Origin: Octopus vulgaris
Lineage: Eukaryota
Assembly: GCA_951406725.2 (NCBI GenBank)
Contig: OX597815.1
Location: 160,332,001 to 160,396,000, forward strand
Length of the DNA: 64,000 nt
Direction: 5' to 3'
The notes under the pieces are model-generated. The model was given only the letters and a program-made list of their open reading frames with translations. It was not told the origin of the DNA and did no database searches. Positions 25,823-39,829 of this stretch are shown in pieces; position 1 is the stretch's first letter, and every line of letters begins with the position of its first letter. Position numbers and translations under genes: made by a program.

Positions 25823-28069
25823 GAAAAAAAGCAAAAGGTGCTGGAGTTGATTCATTTGGCTAAAACTTCTTTAAAGCAGTTCTCCAGTATGACCACTTTC
25901 CAATGACTCAAACAAGTCAAAGAAAAAAGATAAAAGATTTAACCAAGGTTTCAGTACAGTCACATAAATTACTGTATGTTTTGTTAATGGTTAACAACAT
26001 ATAAATCTTATTGATCCTTTATAGTTTTCCAATTGAACTAATATTTTCAAAGAACAACAAAAAGAAGTATATTTATTAAGAAATTCAGACTGAATCTAAA
26101 TAAAATTTGCTGTACAACATCAGTTGATGTTAACATAAATACAGTTTGGAAACAAATAAGTATAGATAGTTATTCACTTTGATTTACTCATAATTATCAT
26201 AAATGTGATGAAACCAGTGGGGAAAATGAAAGAAAACTAAAGAAATTTAAGTGCATTTTCATGTTAATACACACACACACATGTATATATATATATGTGT
26301 GTGTATATATGTGTGTGTATCTAACATACTAATGGCTGTAATGTCTACATAAACAGTATTCTGTTTATAAAATGTTAAAGTTGATGCCCACTTCAAAAGT
26401 GACAGTACAGAAGCCAACACTATTCCACATCCTGAAGATGGGCTGAGGTAGTCAGGAAATGTTAATAAAAATGAATTTGGGTACCTTATTGTTCCAAATG
26501 AACTGCAAGGTATGATCAAGATACAAAAATCATAATTTAAAAGATTAAATATATACACATGTATACACACACATATACAGTGAGTGCAGCTCTCCTGCTT
26601 GCCAGCTCTGGTCAATCCATCCAACCCATACCAGCATGGAAAATGGATGTTAAAGGATGATGATGATGATATATACCCATACATATCCACCCACACCCAC
26701 CCACATATATACACATATATCACTATATACATGTGTATGGACATGCAAAAGGCACAGTTAGATGAGAAACAAGGTCAGTTCTGACCTATGGTCAAAAAGT
26801 CAACCATATCGACCCACCACGTTTTCTCAAGCCTTGTACATCTAAGAGTACATTATTCATTACATCCTTTCTTTCTTTAAGGAGGAAGAATATGGTTTCG
26901 AAGGGATTTGGTTTGGTATTTCTAGGTCAAACGATCATGAGGTTCTTTCAATGAGGTCAGTCAAAAGTTTATCTGACAACCAGCCAAGAGCTCAGTGGTT
27001 CATATTATCTTGTTACTGCCATTGTTAAGAATTTTATCCCTCAATTGGATCAGTCCATTGAGCTACATATAGGAGATTCCATGCTGGTATAACTTGCGGT
27101 CATAAATTGAGCAAACACTGTGAAATTAATGAGTGAACAAGTGATTTATATGTTTTCTGCCTTAAGTTCAAATCCTCTTTTGGGTCTTGAAAAGATAGGA
27201 TTCTAAACATAATCTTCCCCAATACTTGATCTCAGATCAGTTTCCTTTGGTTTTGCTTGATTTATTTTGCCATTGGTTCAAGACCTTTGACTTGATTAAG
27301 AGCACATGTACTGCAAACGTCAACAGTTCATCTTATGTTAAACACTTTGACAGATATCTATCTCCAGGTGCAAGGAATCCCATCGCAATATCCATTAATT
27401 TATTTATAGACACGTGTTTGTAAGTGTGTATTTATAAGTATTGTGTATATCTATGTTTAATTCATATATAACATTAATTATTTTGACTACCTAAAGGCAC
27501 TGAGAAAAATTGGAACAATAAATGAAATTTTAAAAATGTAAATAAAAGAAGTAAATATTAGTTCAATATTGAAAAATTGAAAAAAGTCTATAAAACCAAA
27601 AGATTATTTCTAATCAACAGAGAAACAAGTTTTGTGTGATTGGATAAAGTAAATATCTTAAAATTTCTTCATCAATAATCAAATATTTCATCTAAATTTT
27701 ATGATAAAATTTCAGCTTGTTTTCTTCTTTTTATTCTTCCTTTCTTTTTTTATTTGTCAGAGACAATTTGTATCTTAATATAATTCCATATCTGTTGGCA
27801 ATCTTTTATATAGGAAAGATGCCATAGATTATTGCAAAGATTGCAAATTAAACTTACTCAGCTGGTTGGCTGCTTTTTTCTTTTCCTGTTGCAGTACTAA
27901 TGTTTTAAAGTTTCATTCTATATATAAAGTTGACAATAACATAGCATAGCTGTCATTAATTGTCCCTTGGGTGAGGAAAGTGGATAAGCAAAATCATTAG
28001 AGTATTGGACAAAATGTCTGGCAGTATGTGTTATAGCTCTTTACATTTTGAGTTCAAATGCCACAAAAG

Positions 28070-28231
28070 TAGGTGCAGGTATGACTGTGTGGTAAGAAGG
28101 TTATTTCCCAGCTACATGATTCTAGGTTCAGTTCCTCTGTGTGGCACCTTGAGCAGGTGTCCTCTACTATAGCTTCAGGCTGACCAAAGCCTAGTAAGTG
28201 AATTTGGTAGACGGAAACTGAAAGAAGCGTG

Positions 28232-28323
<92 letters not shown>

Positions 28324-28361
28324 GTATATATATATGTATGTATATATATATATGTATATGT

Positions 28362-28402
<41 letters not shown>

Positions 28403-28475
28403 TGTATATGTATATATATATATGTATATATATATATATGTATATATATATGTATATATATATGTGTATATGTAT

Positions 28476-28532
<57 letters not shown>

Positions 28533-28750
28533 CATGTATATGCCCATATATCTGCGTGTATGCATCAATACTTATATGAGTGTGTATGTATGCTTAGATG
28601 TACATTCAGACATCTGTGTGTGCACACACATGCACACACACGAAAGCACACATGTACACACACACACATAGACACACAAACATGTATACACACACGAGTG
28701 TGCATGTGTACACACATGCAGAGATGCATATGCACACTCACACACACTAA
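28070..28750 (+). repeat. SINE B 5' half followed by expanded (TA)/(TATG)/(CA) microsatellite
   Basis: SINE head at 28070-28233, then long microsatellite. Confidence 0.88.
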
Positions 28751-28789
28751 TATTGACAAGATGTGTTTATTGTTGATTATAGTAAGATA

Positions 28790-29118
28790 ATCATGGCTCA
28801 GTGGTTAGAGCGACGAGCTTACAATCGTGAGGTTTTGAGTTTGAATCCTGGACTGGGCTGCATGTTGCATTCTTGAGCAAGACACTTCATTTCACGTTGC
28901 TCCACTTCATTCAGCTGTAGAAATGAGTTGTGACATCACAGATGTCAAGCTGTATCAGCCTCTGCTTTCCCTTGGACAACACTGGTGGCATGGAGAGGGG
29001 AGGCCAGTATGCATGGGTGACTGCTGGTCTTCCATAAACAACCTTGCCCGGACTTCTGCCTGGGAGGGTAACTTTCTAGGTGGAATCCCATGGCGAGTCA
29101 TGACCGAAGGGGGTCTCA
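28790..29118 (+). mobile_element. tRNA-derived SINE, family A variant
   Basis: tggctcagtggttagagcg head and ttgagcaagacactt core; tail homologous to 31563-31860. Confidence 0.85.
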
Positions 29119-29503
29119 GCATAGTAAGATAAAAATCCTAACAATAGCAATACATCTCATAGTTTTTAAATGAGGCATTTTGAAACTACATACACGTCAA
29201 CAACAAAAAACTAGCTGTGGATCCACAGTTCCATAGGTTTTTAAAAAACCGGTGTACTTTATGTGTGGATAAAACCAAAATTTACCCCCAAATTTGGCCC
29301 TGTGGATTAAATACCAATGTGTTTTATTAACCAGAAAATACAGTAGTTAAATACCATAGTAAAGTATTGGGCTAAAATAATTGACTAATCCACTCCCTTG
29401 AAAACTTCTGGCCTCATGCCTAAACTTTAAATATTAGTTTAAAAGATTACTTAATACTTTTTAGTAAGGTAAATATTAATTTTACAAGAAAAAATTTGAT
29501 AGT

Positions 29504-29576
29504 GACTTTGAAATTTTAGCTTGCTTGCCTTTATCAGATACTTTGATAAAAGCAAGCAAGCTAAATCATCAATGTC
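29504..29576. other. Isolated ~73-nt stem-loop
   Basis: tttagcttgcttgc-ctttatca-gatactt-tgataaaa-gcaagcaagctaaa, extended by gactttga/tcaatgtc. Confidence 0.8.
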
Positions 29577-29597
29577 TCTGTCAAACTTTTCCTTTAT

Positions 29598-29835
29598 ATT
29601 TTATCTTTTACTTGTTTCAGTCATTAGACTGAGGCCATGCTGGGGCACCAGCTTGAATATTTAGTCAAATGAATCAATCCCAATAATTATTTTTTACAGC
29701 TTGTTACTTATTCTATTAGTTTCTTTTGCTGAACCACTAAGTTGCAGGCATACAAACATTCCAACACCAGTGGTGGTGGTGGTCGTCATCATCGTCGTAG
29801 ATGACAAATACAGACAGAAAGACACACACACATTG

Positions 29836-29876
<41 letters not shown>

Positions 29877-29877
29877 C

Positions 29878-29930
<53 letters not shown>

Positions 29931-30095
29931 TATATGAGCTTCTTTCAGTTCCCATCTACCAAATCCACTCACAAGGCATTGGTCAGCCCGAGGCTATAGT
30001 AGCAGACACTTGTGTAAGATGCCATATAGTGATACTGAACCCGAAATCATGTGGTTGGGAAGCAAGCTTCTTACGACATAGCTACACCTGCACCT
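29598..30095 (-). mobile_element. SINE family B
   Basis: Full head-microsatellite-tail layout, reverse orientation. Confidence 0.88.
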
Positions 30096-30744
30096 ATACA
30101 CACACACACACACGCACACACACATTTGGGTTTTGTATTTTGGTTTGCAAGATTCTAGATGTGAGATTGTTTGTTGAAATAAATCTTACCATGTCTAGAG
30201 AGGTTATGTCACTGAAGAGGTGGGAAATAACAACAAAAGCACTTTGACAAACAACCAATTAATTGTTGAATCATCACATTAAACAATTGAACAAACAATC
30301 AATTAATTAGTTGGTTAGATATTTAACCAATTAACAAAAAAAAAAAATACAGAAGTGGTATTGAACCAATGCATATATTTATTATTATTGGTGTAATGAC
30401 AAGATATAATCTTTTATCTTTTACTCATAATATATATATATATAAAGAGAGAGAGAGATAAATAGATGGATCATCATCATTTTAATGTACACTCTTCCAT
30501 GCTTGCATTCTATGGCCAGACACCTTCCCCATCACCAACTCTCACCTATTACCAAGTGAGATAATATCTCTCCTGGCTGGACATGTTTTCACTGAAAACT
30601 TGAAACAAAGGATACTGCTTGTATGAAGGTGGCACTTGTTTACAACTGTTACATGAAGTCAAGGCAATGAGACACAAACACATACACACAAATATACATG
30701 CACATGCCTACATTTATACATATATGCATATGCATATATACACA

Positions 30745-30975
30745 AGGTGGTGAGCTGATAGAAACGTTAGCATGCCGGACGAAATGCATAGCCGTATTTC
30801 ATCTGCCGTTACGTTCTGAGTTCAAATTTCACCGAGGTCGACTTTGTCTTTCATCCTTTCGGGGTTGATAAATTAAGTACCAGTTACGCACTGGGGTCCA
30901 TGTAATCGACTTAATCCCTTTGTCTGTCCTTGTTTGTCCACTCTATATTTAGCCCCTTGTGGGTAGTAAAGAAAT
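30745..30975 (+). mobile_element. SINE family C
   Basis: Homologous to 20596-20822. Confidence 0.9.
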
Positions 30976-31562
30976 ATATATACATATGCATATATGTATA
31001 TTCAAAACATTGCAAATAAAATTTGGTAGACATAACCGTAAGAAGACCCATTTTGTGTGTGTGTGTGTCTGTGTGGAGGGGTCTATGTGTATCTGTGTGT
31101 GTTTAAATATCATCAGAAAAATATATAAACCATCAAGTAAGTGATAAAACTAATGATTTATGGAAGAAGTTCCTTGAGATATTTACTCTACAATGAAATG
31201 CAGCCACCCGCTTATAGCAGAAGCTGTCAGAAATAAAGCCATGACAAACATGTTTAGATCATATTGTCCCCCATTTGCCATATGAAATAAACAAAACAAG
31301 CACAAGCATTATAGTAATTTCATAAATTACATTAAATTTCAGAAATTATCTTTTCTCAAACATCCTCCTAAATCTTCAGAATATTCAACAAAAAATTTAC
31401 AAGATTTTCTTGTCTATGATGTAAGAGACATTAACAAACAAAAATATCATAGTTCCTCATAAGCTTTCAGAAATTCTGAGAAGTCCATAATTCAATATTT
31501 TGAGAAAGAGTTTCAATAATACCAGTATTGGACAAATCACTGCATTTGTGATGTCACTTTGT

Positions 31563-31860
31563 GAAGGCACATGGCTCAGTGGTTAGAACATCTGGCTTAC
31601 ATTCATGAGGTAGCGAGTTCAGTTTCTAGACCATGGTGTGCATTGTGTTCCTGAGCAAGACACTTTATTTCACATAGCTCAGCTGTTACAGCTTTTGCTT
31701 TTTCCTTTGGGAAACATCAGTGGTATGGAGAGGAGAGGCTGGTATGCATGGGTGATGGCTGGTCTTCCATAAACAACCTTGCCTGGACTTGTGCCTCAGA
31801 GGGTAGCTTTCTAGGTGCAATCCCATGGTCGTTCATGACCAAAGGAGGTCTTTGTCCGTC
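31563..31860 (+). mobile_element. tRNA-derived SINE, family A variant
   Basis: Homologous to 28790-29118. Confidence 0.85.
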
Positions 31861-33194
31861 TTTTAATCCTTCTGTAACATGGACACACTACACACACACA
31901 CAAAAGTATAGTGACATGTTTAAGAACCTTGAAATGACAACACTACTGTTCTCAGAGACAGTAGACCAGTGATGAAAACAACAGACATTGCTGATAAAAT
32001 AGATGTCACAGATTTAGTCACAGGAATATCATCTGATTTTTATTAGAGATTTGAATTCAGAACAGAATTGGATGTATTTAACCAACACAAGGTATTTTTT
32101 TATACCAGAGGCTCTACCAATTTTGCTAATCTACAATCACAAGTATAAAACAATATAAAACAATATGAAGTTGTTTGTTGTAGGTAGAGATATTGAACTA
32201 TATGCCCTCAATTATAGGACTGCTTAAAATTACAAAACTAAAAAAATAAAATACAAAATACATCGAAACAAAAATAACTAAATAGAAAAATAACAGAAAA
32301 AAACCCTCAATAAAATAAAATAAAGACAGGAATAACATTTGTGTTCATTATTTTTTTTTTTTATGTTTCACTGAACCTTCACATACCATATTCTTCACTG
32401 TAAATTCAGATAGAATCAATAAGGAAATACAGAATGTAATTAAATTTTGCAGATTGTGCATCTTCTGAAAATAATCAATGCTTTGTTGGTTATTTGCATT
32501 CATTCATTTTTTTTTATCAATATTGCAAATGAAATGTTGTTGGTCTGCTTCACACTTTGGATGTTAAAAGATTCCAGTTAATACTCACCTATTATTCAAG
32601 GTTTTAAAATCTCTAGCTAACTGGTGTAAGATGTTTTGAATTAGGTGATAAAAGGTGAAAAAAAAATCTTTTTTTTTTCTAAAAAAAAAGGAAAGAAATT
32701 TCTGTCTGAATATTCTGTTTGATATCTTGTATGTGGTGCTAAATATATGTGGGTGTTTGTGTGTGTGTGTGTATGTACGTTTGTGGAATTAGAAAAATGA
32801 CAATAAGAAACTCTATAAAACATTTGCTAAGTGTTTGTGAAAAACAAAAAATAAGCACAGGAAATAAACAAGTTCTAGTGGCAGTTTATAGATATTTGAT
32901 GTGAGAAATGTAATATTGTTTTAAAACTAAGATTTCATGAATTAATTTAAGTATCTAGATTTTCTAGTATAACCAATCCAAATAATTTGACAATAGAGCT
33001 GCTTGTTCAATTAGAATAAATATTTTTACTGTTAAACTTGTATTTAGAAATGAGATATTTTTTTATATTCACATATGTACTAGATCAACATAAGATTGGA
33101 TCCAGACCCAAAACCTTTAGTAACTAAAATTTGATTTAGAAACTCAAGACTAAGGATAATGTCATTATTAACCATTTGACTATGAGTGAAGACT

Positions 33195-33508
33195 TGTAGC
33201 TTAGATGGTTATGGTATTAGGCTCATGATCATAAGGTCCTGAGTTTGATTCCTGTCCTCATGTTATGTCTTTGAGGAAGACACTTTATTTTATGTTGCTC
33301 CAGTCCACTCAGCTGGCAAAAATGAGTAGTGGTTGTATTTCAAAGGGCACCAACCTTGTCACATTCTGTGTCATAAAGAGAATTACATTAAGGGTATGCG
33401 TGTTGTGTCTGTGGAGTACTCAGCCACTTACACGTTAATTTCATGAGCAAGCTGTTCTGTTGATCAGATCAACTGGAACACTCACTGTCATAACTGACAG
33501 AGTGCCAA
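33195..33508 (+). mobile_element. tRNA-derived SINE, family A
   Basis: Homologous to 2002-2298. Confidence 0.85.
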
Positions 33509-33804
33509 AATAAGATTAAAAACAGAAAACGTCTAATAAATAAGAATGGTATTGCCCATTGTTTTGACTAGGCAAGGGCAACCATTTTTGGAAAAGCAGA
33601 CCACATGAGACATAGCTCAACATCAGGTGGACTGCACCACTAATAAATTTCAAGGTTAATCTTTTTGTTAAGTATGCTTTTCAGAAAGTGTCATATGCAG
33701 CCTGCAAATCACAAATTGCCCGTGATGGGTTTAGGATGTAGTTTAGAACTCATTATATATATATATACACATCCAGTTAAAATTAATGTGTTCTCCTCTT
33801 TTTA

Positions 33805-34056
33805 TTTTACTCTTTTACTTGTTTCAGTCATTTGACTGCGGCCATGCTGGAGCACCGACTTTAGTTGAGCAAATCAACCCCAGTACTTATTCTATCGGCC
33901 ACTTTTGCCAAACCACTAAGTTACGGGGACGTAAACACACCAGCATCGGTTGTCAAACGATGTTGGTGGGACAAACACAGACACACAAACATACACACAA
34001 ACACACACACACACACACATATATATATACATATATATATAATTATATATATATAT

Positions 34057-34089
<33 letters not shown>

Positions 34090-34253
34090 CGACGAGCTTC
34101 TTTCAGTTTCCGTCTACCAAATCCACTCACAAGTCTTTGGTTGGCCCGAGGCTATAGTAGAAGACACTTGCTCAAGGTGCCACGCAGTGGGAATGAACCC
34201 GGAACCATGTGGATGGTAAACAAGCTACTTACCACACAGCCACTCCTGCGCCT
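33805..34253 (-). mobile_element. SINE family B, relatively young (CpGs retained)
   Basis: Full-length reverse copy; further pieces at 34640-34900 and 35620-35930. Confidence 0.9.
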
Positions 34254-35292
34254 ATTTCCTGCTGGACAATTTCAACTAAAGTGTATCAATATAAATATTA
34301 ATAGTCCAACAAATTATATTTTTATTAAAAACAATCTGTCTCAGACATTTAGACACTTAATCTGATAATCCAAATAATTCCTGTAGTGTTGACAAAAAGA
34401 CATAAATGAAAGAAAAAAATGGTAAACTAAAAAGCACAAAAGAAGAAAACAGTAAAAAGAAGAAACAATTGATATCAGCTGTCTTCTAAGCATGAATATA
34501 TGCATGATTGTGTAACAGTATGTTTATGAGTGTGCATGTGTTTAGGAAAGAGAGATTTGTATGTGGCATGTGTGAGGGTATTTGTACATGTGCCTACATT
34601 TGCAGTGTGTTCAGTGTGGTATGCATCATCATCATTTTATCTTTTATCATTTACTTGTTTCTGTCATTGGACTGCAGCCCTGTTGGGGCACTATCTTGAA
34701 TTGTACTTGTTTTTTTTAAAGCCTGTAACTTATTCTATCAGTCTCTTTCTGCCAAACTGCTAAGTTACAGGGACATAAACAAACCAATCAGTTGACAAGT
34801 AGTAATGGGGGACAAACACAAAGACACACACCCACCCACACATATTCATATAATGGGCTTCTTTCAATCTCCATCAACCAAATCCATTCACAAGGCTTTG
34901 AATTATGCTAAGAAGTGGTGCATGGCACCAGAATCTTTGACTCATGTCAAATGTAACAAACTACTCCAAATCATTGTAAGATTATCTGCATAGGTGGAGT
35001 CTGAATTGATTTGCTTGTACTGGTATCAAGTCATATTCGTTGTAACATTGAAGTCAAAACAAATAGTGATATTTTCAAGTCATTTAATATGTACAGTTTA
35101 GGTCTGTGTAATATATCTATGTAATGGATGCACTTCCTATTGTATATTACACAGACCTGCAATATATATATTAAACGATTTTAAAATATCACTATTTGGT
35201 TTGACGTCATTACAATTTTATATATATAATATGTATATATGTATGTATGTGTGTGTATGTATGTATGTATGTATGTATGTATGTATGTATAA

Positions 35293-35576
35293 AGGTAAAA
35301 TCCAGGAATCCAGTTATAGGAAATGAGTAAGCTTCAAGTAGTCTGTAGAAAGTATAAAATACAATTTTCAGGCACAATAGCGGTTTATTGACATAGAAGG
35401 TTGTAAATTTTTCCCATATCAGAGTTTGATAAACTGAAAAAAAAAAAGTAATTTTATAGTTCATGGTTAGCAACTGAGATTGCTGTGTATGCGAATAAAA
35501 ATCCAAATTTAGGGAATGGAATAAGTAAAATCTAAGATATGTCGCCTGGATTTTACCTACTCCATTCCCTAAATTT

Positions 35577-35580
<4 letters not shown>
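35293..35580. repeat. Microsatellite-flanked insert with direct plus inverted terminal duplication
   Basis: atccaaatttagggaatgga (35501-35520) is perfectly inverted at 35561-35580; aggtaaaatccagg (35293-35306) is inverted at 35545-35558. Confidence 0.8.
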
Positions 35581-35618
<38 letters not shown>

Positions 35619-36534
35619 CCTTGAAAGGTAACAGTCAAACAAATTGACTCTAGGATTTATTTTTTAAGCCTTGTACTTATTTTGTTGGTCTCTTTTGCTG
35701 AACTGCTCGGTTACAAGGACATAAACACACCAACACCAGTTGTCAGGTGGTGGTGGGGGACAAACACAGACACAAAGACACACACTCATATATATCTGCA
35801 TATATATACAACAGGCTTTTTCAGTTTCCGTCTACTAAATCCACTCACAAGACTTATGTCAGCCTGAGGCTTTAGTAGAAGACACTTACCCAAGGTGCCA
35901 TGCAGTGAGACTGAACCTGGAACAGCCATGCCTGCACCTCCAGAAAGCCACACCTGCACCTCCACAAAGCCACACCTGCATATCCACACATTACTATATA
36001 TTTATACTGTATACATACTATGTTGACTAGTATGGTTGAAAATAAGGTATTTATTATTTTGTTGAGAGATAAACAAAATAAAATGCCTTGTAATGTTGTG
36101 AATTAAGGATTCAGACTCCCTGTTCTAATGAACACTGAATAGGAATTTCTGTTGGAAACAAGTTATTTCCAGTAATATAGACAAGTTTTCTTTAAACCAT
36201 ATCTCAAAAGCGAAATATCAGTGAGACATAGAATTAAAATTTCTCTTAAGACATTTTGATATAAATTAATTATTTAATACAAATCCATATTCTATCAAAA
36301 CTTTTCTCTAAAACTAAGATAATATCTTTCACTCTATTGCTACATACATGTCGTATAATGCAATATGTGATTTTGAAAATGAATGTAGCAATTTAAGAGA
36401 GGCAATTTGTAATCAAATGCTATAAGATTTGTATCAGCCTAATCTAACTCTGTCTCTGTCATCTCTCTCTTGTCTCTCTGTTTCTTGTTTCTGTCTATCT
36501 GTGTATCTATGCCTATGTTTGCATGTGTGTAATT

Positions 36535-36593
<59 letters not shown>

Positions 36594-37526
36594 GCGTGTG
36601 TGTTCACCCATGTGTATGTGCATAAGTATATCTATTCACACACACACACACATAAAGAGAGAAAGAAAGAGGGGGAATGTTGGAGAGTTATACAGATATA
36701 GCTTTGCTATTAGTAAGTCATATGTTAACCAACTGTATCACAAAACAGTATTCATACATACATGCACTCATACATACTTACATGCATGCACACATACACC
36801 CATATATATATATGTATTTGTGTGTATATTTGTGTAATATGTGTAATCTCTTATGTCCATGATATAGAATGCAGTGAAATTACATCGAACATAGCAGATA
36901 TTTTATCAGCTCATGTTTTCCTTAAACTTTATTACACAGTTCATGCAAAAACCATCTGAACTAAATAATTTTAAATCTGATTGAAACAAAGATATTTTGA
37001 TGACTATTATTTATTTTTTTCTTATATTTTTATTTTAGTAATAATCAGATGATTATTTTCCTTCAATAGCAACATTTTAATTGTGACTATTTAGAAACAC
37101 TTTTCTACTGAGGATTTTGCACTTTAGGAAAACGACATGTTTCATACCAATCAGATAATTTCTGCAATTTTTTTTCATTAAATTTTGTTATTCCTTTTTT
37201 TTATTTCAATATATATGAATTTACAAAAGAGAATATTTGAAGAAAGCATTTCAAAAAGGCATTATTTAATGCAAAGAACAAAAAACTAGAAAGACTAAAT
37301 GATTATTGTATTTAAAATGATTGTATGATTATAATATCAAACAGAATTTGATTCCTGTGTAAAATATGGTGTTCAAGTGCACATTCAAACAAATGCACTT
37401 AATACCATTCTCACTTGTCAACATTTCAGCTCCAATTTTCTTATTACCAAAACTGTTTCATTTATGTTTGAAAATGCACTTAGACAAACATGTTGATAAA
37501 GACACACACACATATAAGTAAACGAA

Positions 37527-37566
<40 letters not shown>

Positions 37567-37885
37567 TATATGTATGCATGTATGTATGTATGCATGTATG
37601 TATGTATGTATGTATGCATGCATGTATGTATGCATGCATGCATGTATGCATGTATGTATGTATATATAAATATACATACTCACATATGTAGATGTATATT
37701 GTAGATAAAGTGCTGAAATACTTGTCTTGGCAAATCAACGGAATTGTCATGGAAAAATAACTTTATAAATCTTATGATTTCTTTTGTTTTTACATTCTTA
37801 AATAATAACCATTACATATCCAAGTATAAACTTATGTATAAACATGCCTGCATACACACATGTCAATATATATATAAATTTATGC

Positions 37886-37924
<39 letters not shown>

Positions 37925-37926
<2 letters not shown>

Positions 37927-38821
37927 TGAGGGGGCAAGCTAGTGCTAGTAGATAGCTTCTATTATAGTTTTAGTAGTGGAGGTGGATGCTCTGAAAGCAT
38001 AGCTATGAGAATAAGATTAGGCTGGGCAAAGTTCAGAGAGCTCCTACCTCTGCTGGCAACAAAGGCCTCTCTCACAGAGTAAAAGGCAGATTGTATGATG
38101 CCAGTACGCAAAAAGCTGTGCTATATGGCAGTGAAACATGGGTTGTAACAGCTGAGGACATGCGTAGACTTGAAAGAAATGAAGTCAGTATGCTTTGCTG
38201 GATGTGCAATGTCAGTGTGCAAGTTCGACAGAGTGTAAGCATCTTGAGAGTTAGACATAAGTTAGGCACAAGAGGCATCAGATGTGGTGTGCAAGAGAGA
38301 TGACTGTGTTGACATGGTCATGTGATGCATATGCACGAGGACAGCTGTGTGAAAAAGTGCCAGTCTCCAACTGTGGAGGGAACCTGTGGTAGAGGTAGAT
38401 CCAGGAAGACATAGGATGAAGTGGTGAAGCATGATCTTTGAACTTTGAGCTTCACAGAGGCAATGACTAGTGACCAAGACATTTAGCGATATGCTGTGCT
38501 TCAGAAGACCTTTTGAGTGTTGGGCCTCTCAGAGGCAATGATCAATACTTTTGGCATTACGTCATGCTTGAGAAGACCCAACAAGCTGAGCATATTTCAC
38601 AGTCATGGCAGATACTGGTGTCATGCAAATGGCACCCATACTGGTGGCACTAAAAGCACCCATTACACTCTCAGAGTAGTTGGTGTTAGGAAGGGCATCG
38701 AGCTTTAGAAAACCATTCCAAATCAGTCTGGAGTGTGGTGCAGCCTTTCACCTTACCAGCCCTGATCGAACCATCCAACCCATGCCAGTATGGACAACAG
38801 ACATTAAATGATGATGATGAT
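37925..38821 (+). mobile_element. RTE LINE 3' end with 3' UTR and (GAT)n tail
   Basis: GGGCSESIAMRIRLGWAKFRELLPLL, VKGRLYDA..AVLYGSETW, then the gttaggaagggcatc...ccatgccag tail. Confidence 0.9.
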
Positions 38822-38824
38822 AAT

Positions 38825-38979
38825 TGTGGCTGTGTGGTAAGTAGCTTGCTTACGAACCACATGGTTCCAGGTTCAGTCCCACTACGTGGCACCACGGGCA
38901 AGTGTCTTCTACTATAGCCTCAGGCTGACCAAAGCCTTGTGAGTGTATTTGGTAGATGGAAACTGAAAGAAGCCCATCG

Positions 38980-39012
<33 letters not shown>

Positions 39013-39252
39013 ATGTGTGTGTGTGTATGTGAGTGTATACGTTTGTGTGTCTATGTTTGTCCTCCCAACATCGTTTGACAACTGATCCTGATGTGCTTAT
39101 GTCACTGTAACTTAGCGGTTCGGCAAAAGAGACCGATAGAATAAGTATTAGGCTTACAAAGAATAAGTCCTGGGGTTGATTTGCTCGACTAAAGGCAATG
39201 CTCCAGCATGGCCACAGTCAAATGATTGAAACAAGTAAAAGAGTAAAAGAGT
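38825..39252 (+). mobile_element. SINE family B
   Basis: Near full-length; directly after the RTE (GAT)n tail. Confidence 0.9.
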
Positions 39253-39829
39253 ATATATATATATATGAATATATGCCTATATGTATATATTTGAATATAT
39301 AAGCATATATGTGTGTGTATGTGCAAGCATGTGTATATTTTGTATACATAATATGCATGTATATGTGTGTGTGTGTGCAGGCAGGCATGTGTGTGCTTCT
39401 GTGTTTCAAGATATTTATTCCTTAAACAAATATATTTAAATGCATGTACATATTCATAAATACATACAGTTAAAATATCTTTAAGTTTTATGAACATATC
39501 TATTTGCGGATTTGTATTGGAAGAATGCTAGATGGAGTCTTCTCAAGGCTACAGGCCACATTTTGGAGTGTGTGAGTGCACCATGGAGAGACAACTGGGC
39601 ATACAAATACACAGGCCATCAGAAACCAGGAACAAATTTAAAATCTGAAATAGAGAAGAAGAGGCATAAAGACAAATATTATCAAATATTTGATTTACCA
39701 GCCATTCATATACTTTCACATATACATACATACACATATATACATGGAGTTGCACATAAAGTAATCCAGTCTAGTTTTTACATTTCATGTCCTAATACAT
39801 CTCCTGCTGTGGCTGTGTAGTCCTATCAT

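Noticed and set aside
26425-26520. cctgaagatggg possible hammerhead 5' half
   Set aside because: No convincing GAAA-stem III-stem I closure.
27858-32620. Minus-strand exon chain (32589-32620, 32387-32464 encoding MHNLQNLITFCISLLILSEFTVKNM, 27858-27917)
   Set aside because: Splice signals are plausible but the third segment has stops in all frames, so no coherent gene model.
37128-37160. Minus strand ctgattg-gtat-gaaacatgtc
   Set aside because: Core mismatch and no stems I or II.
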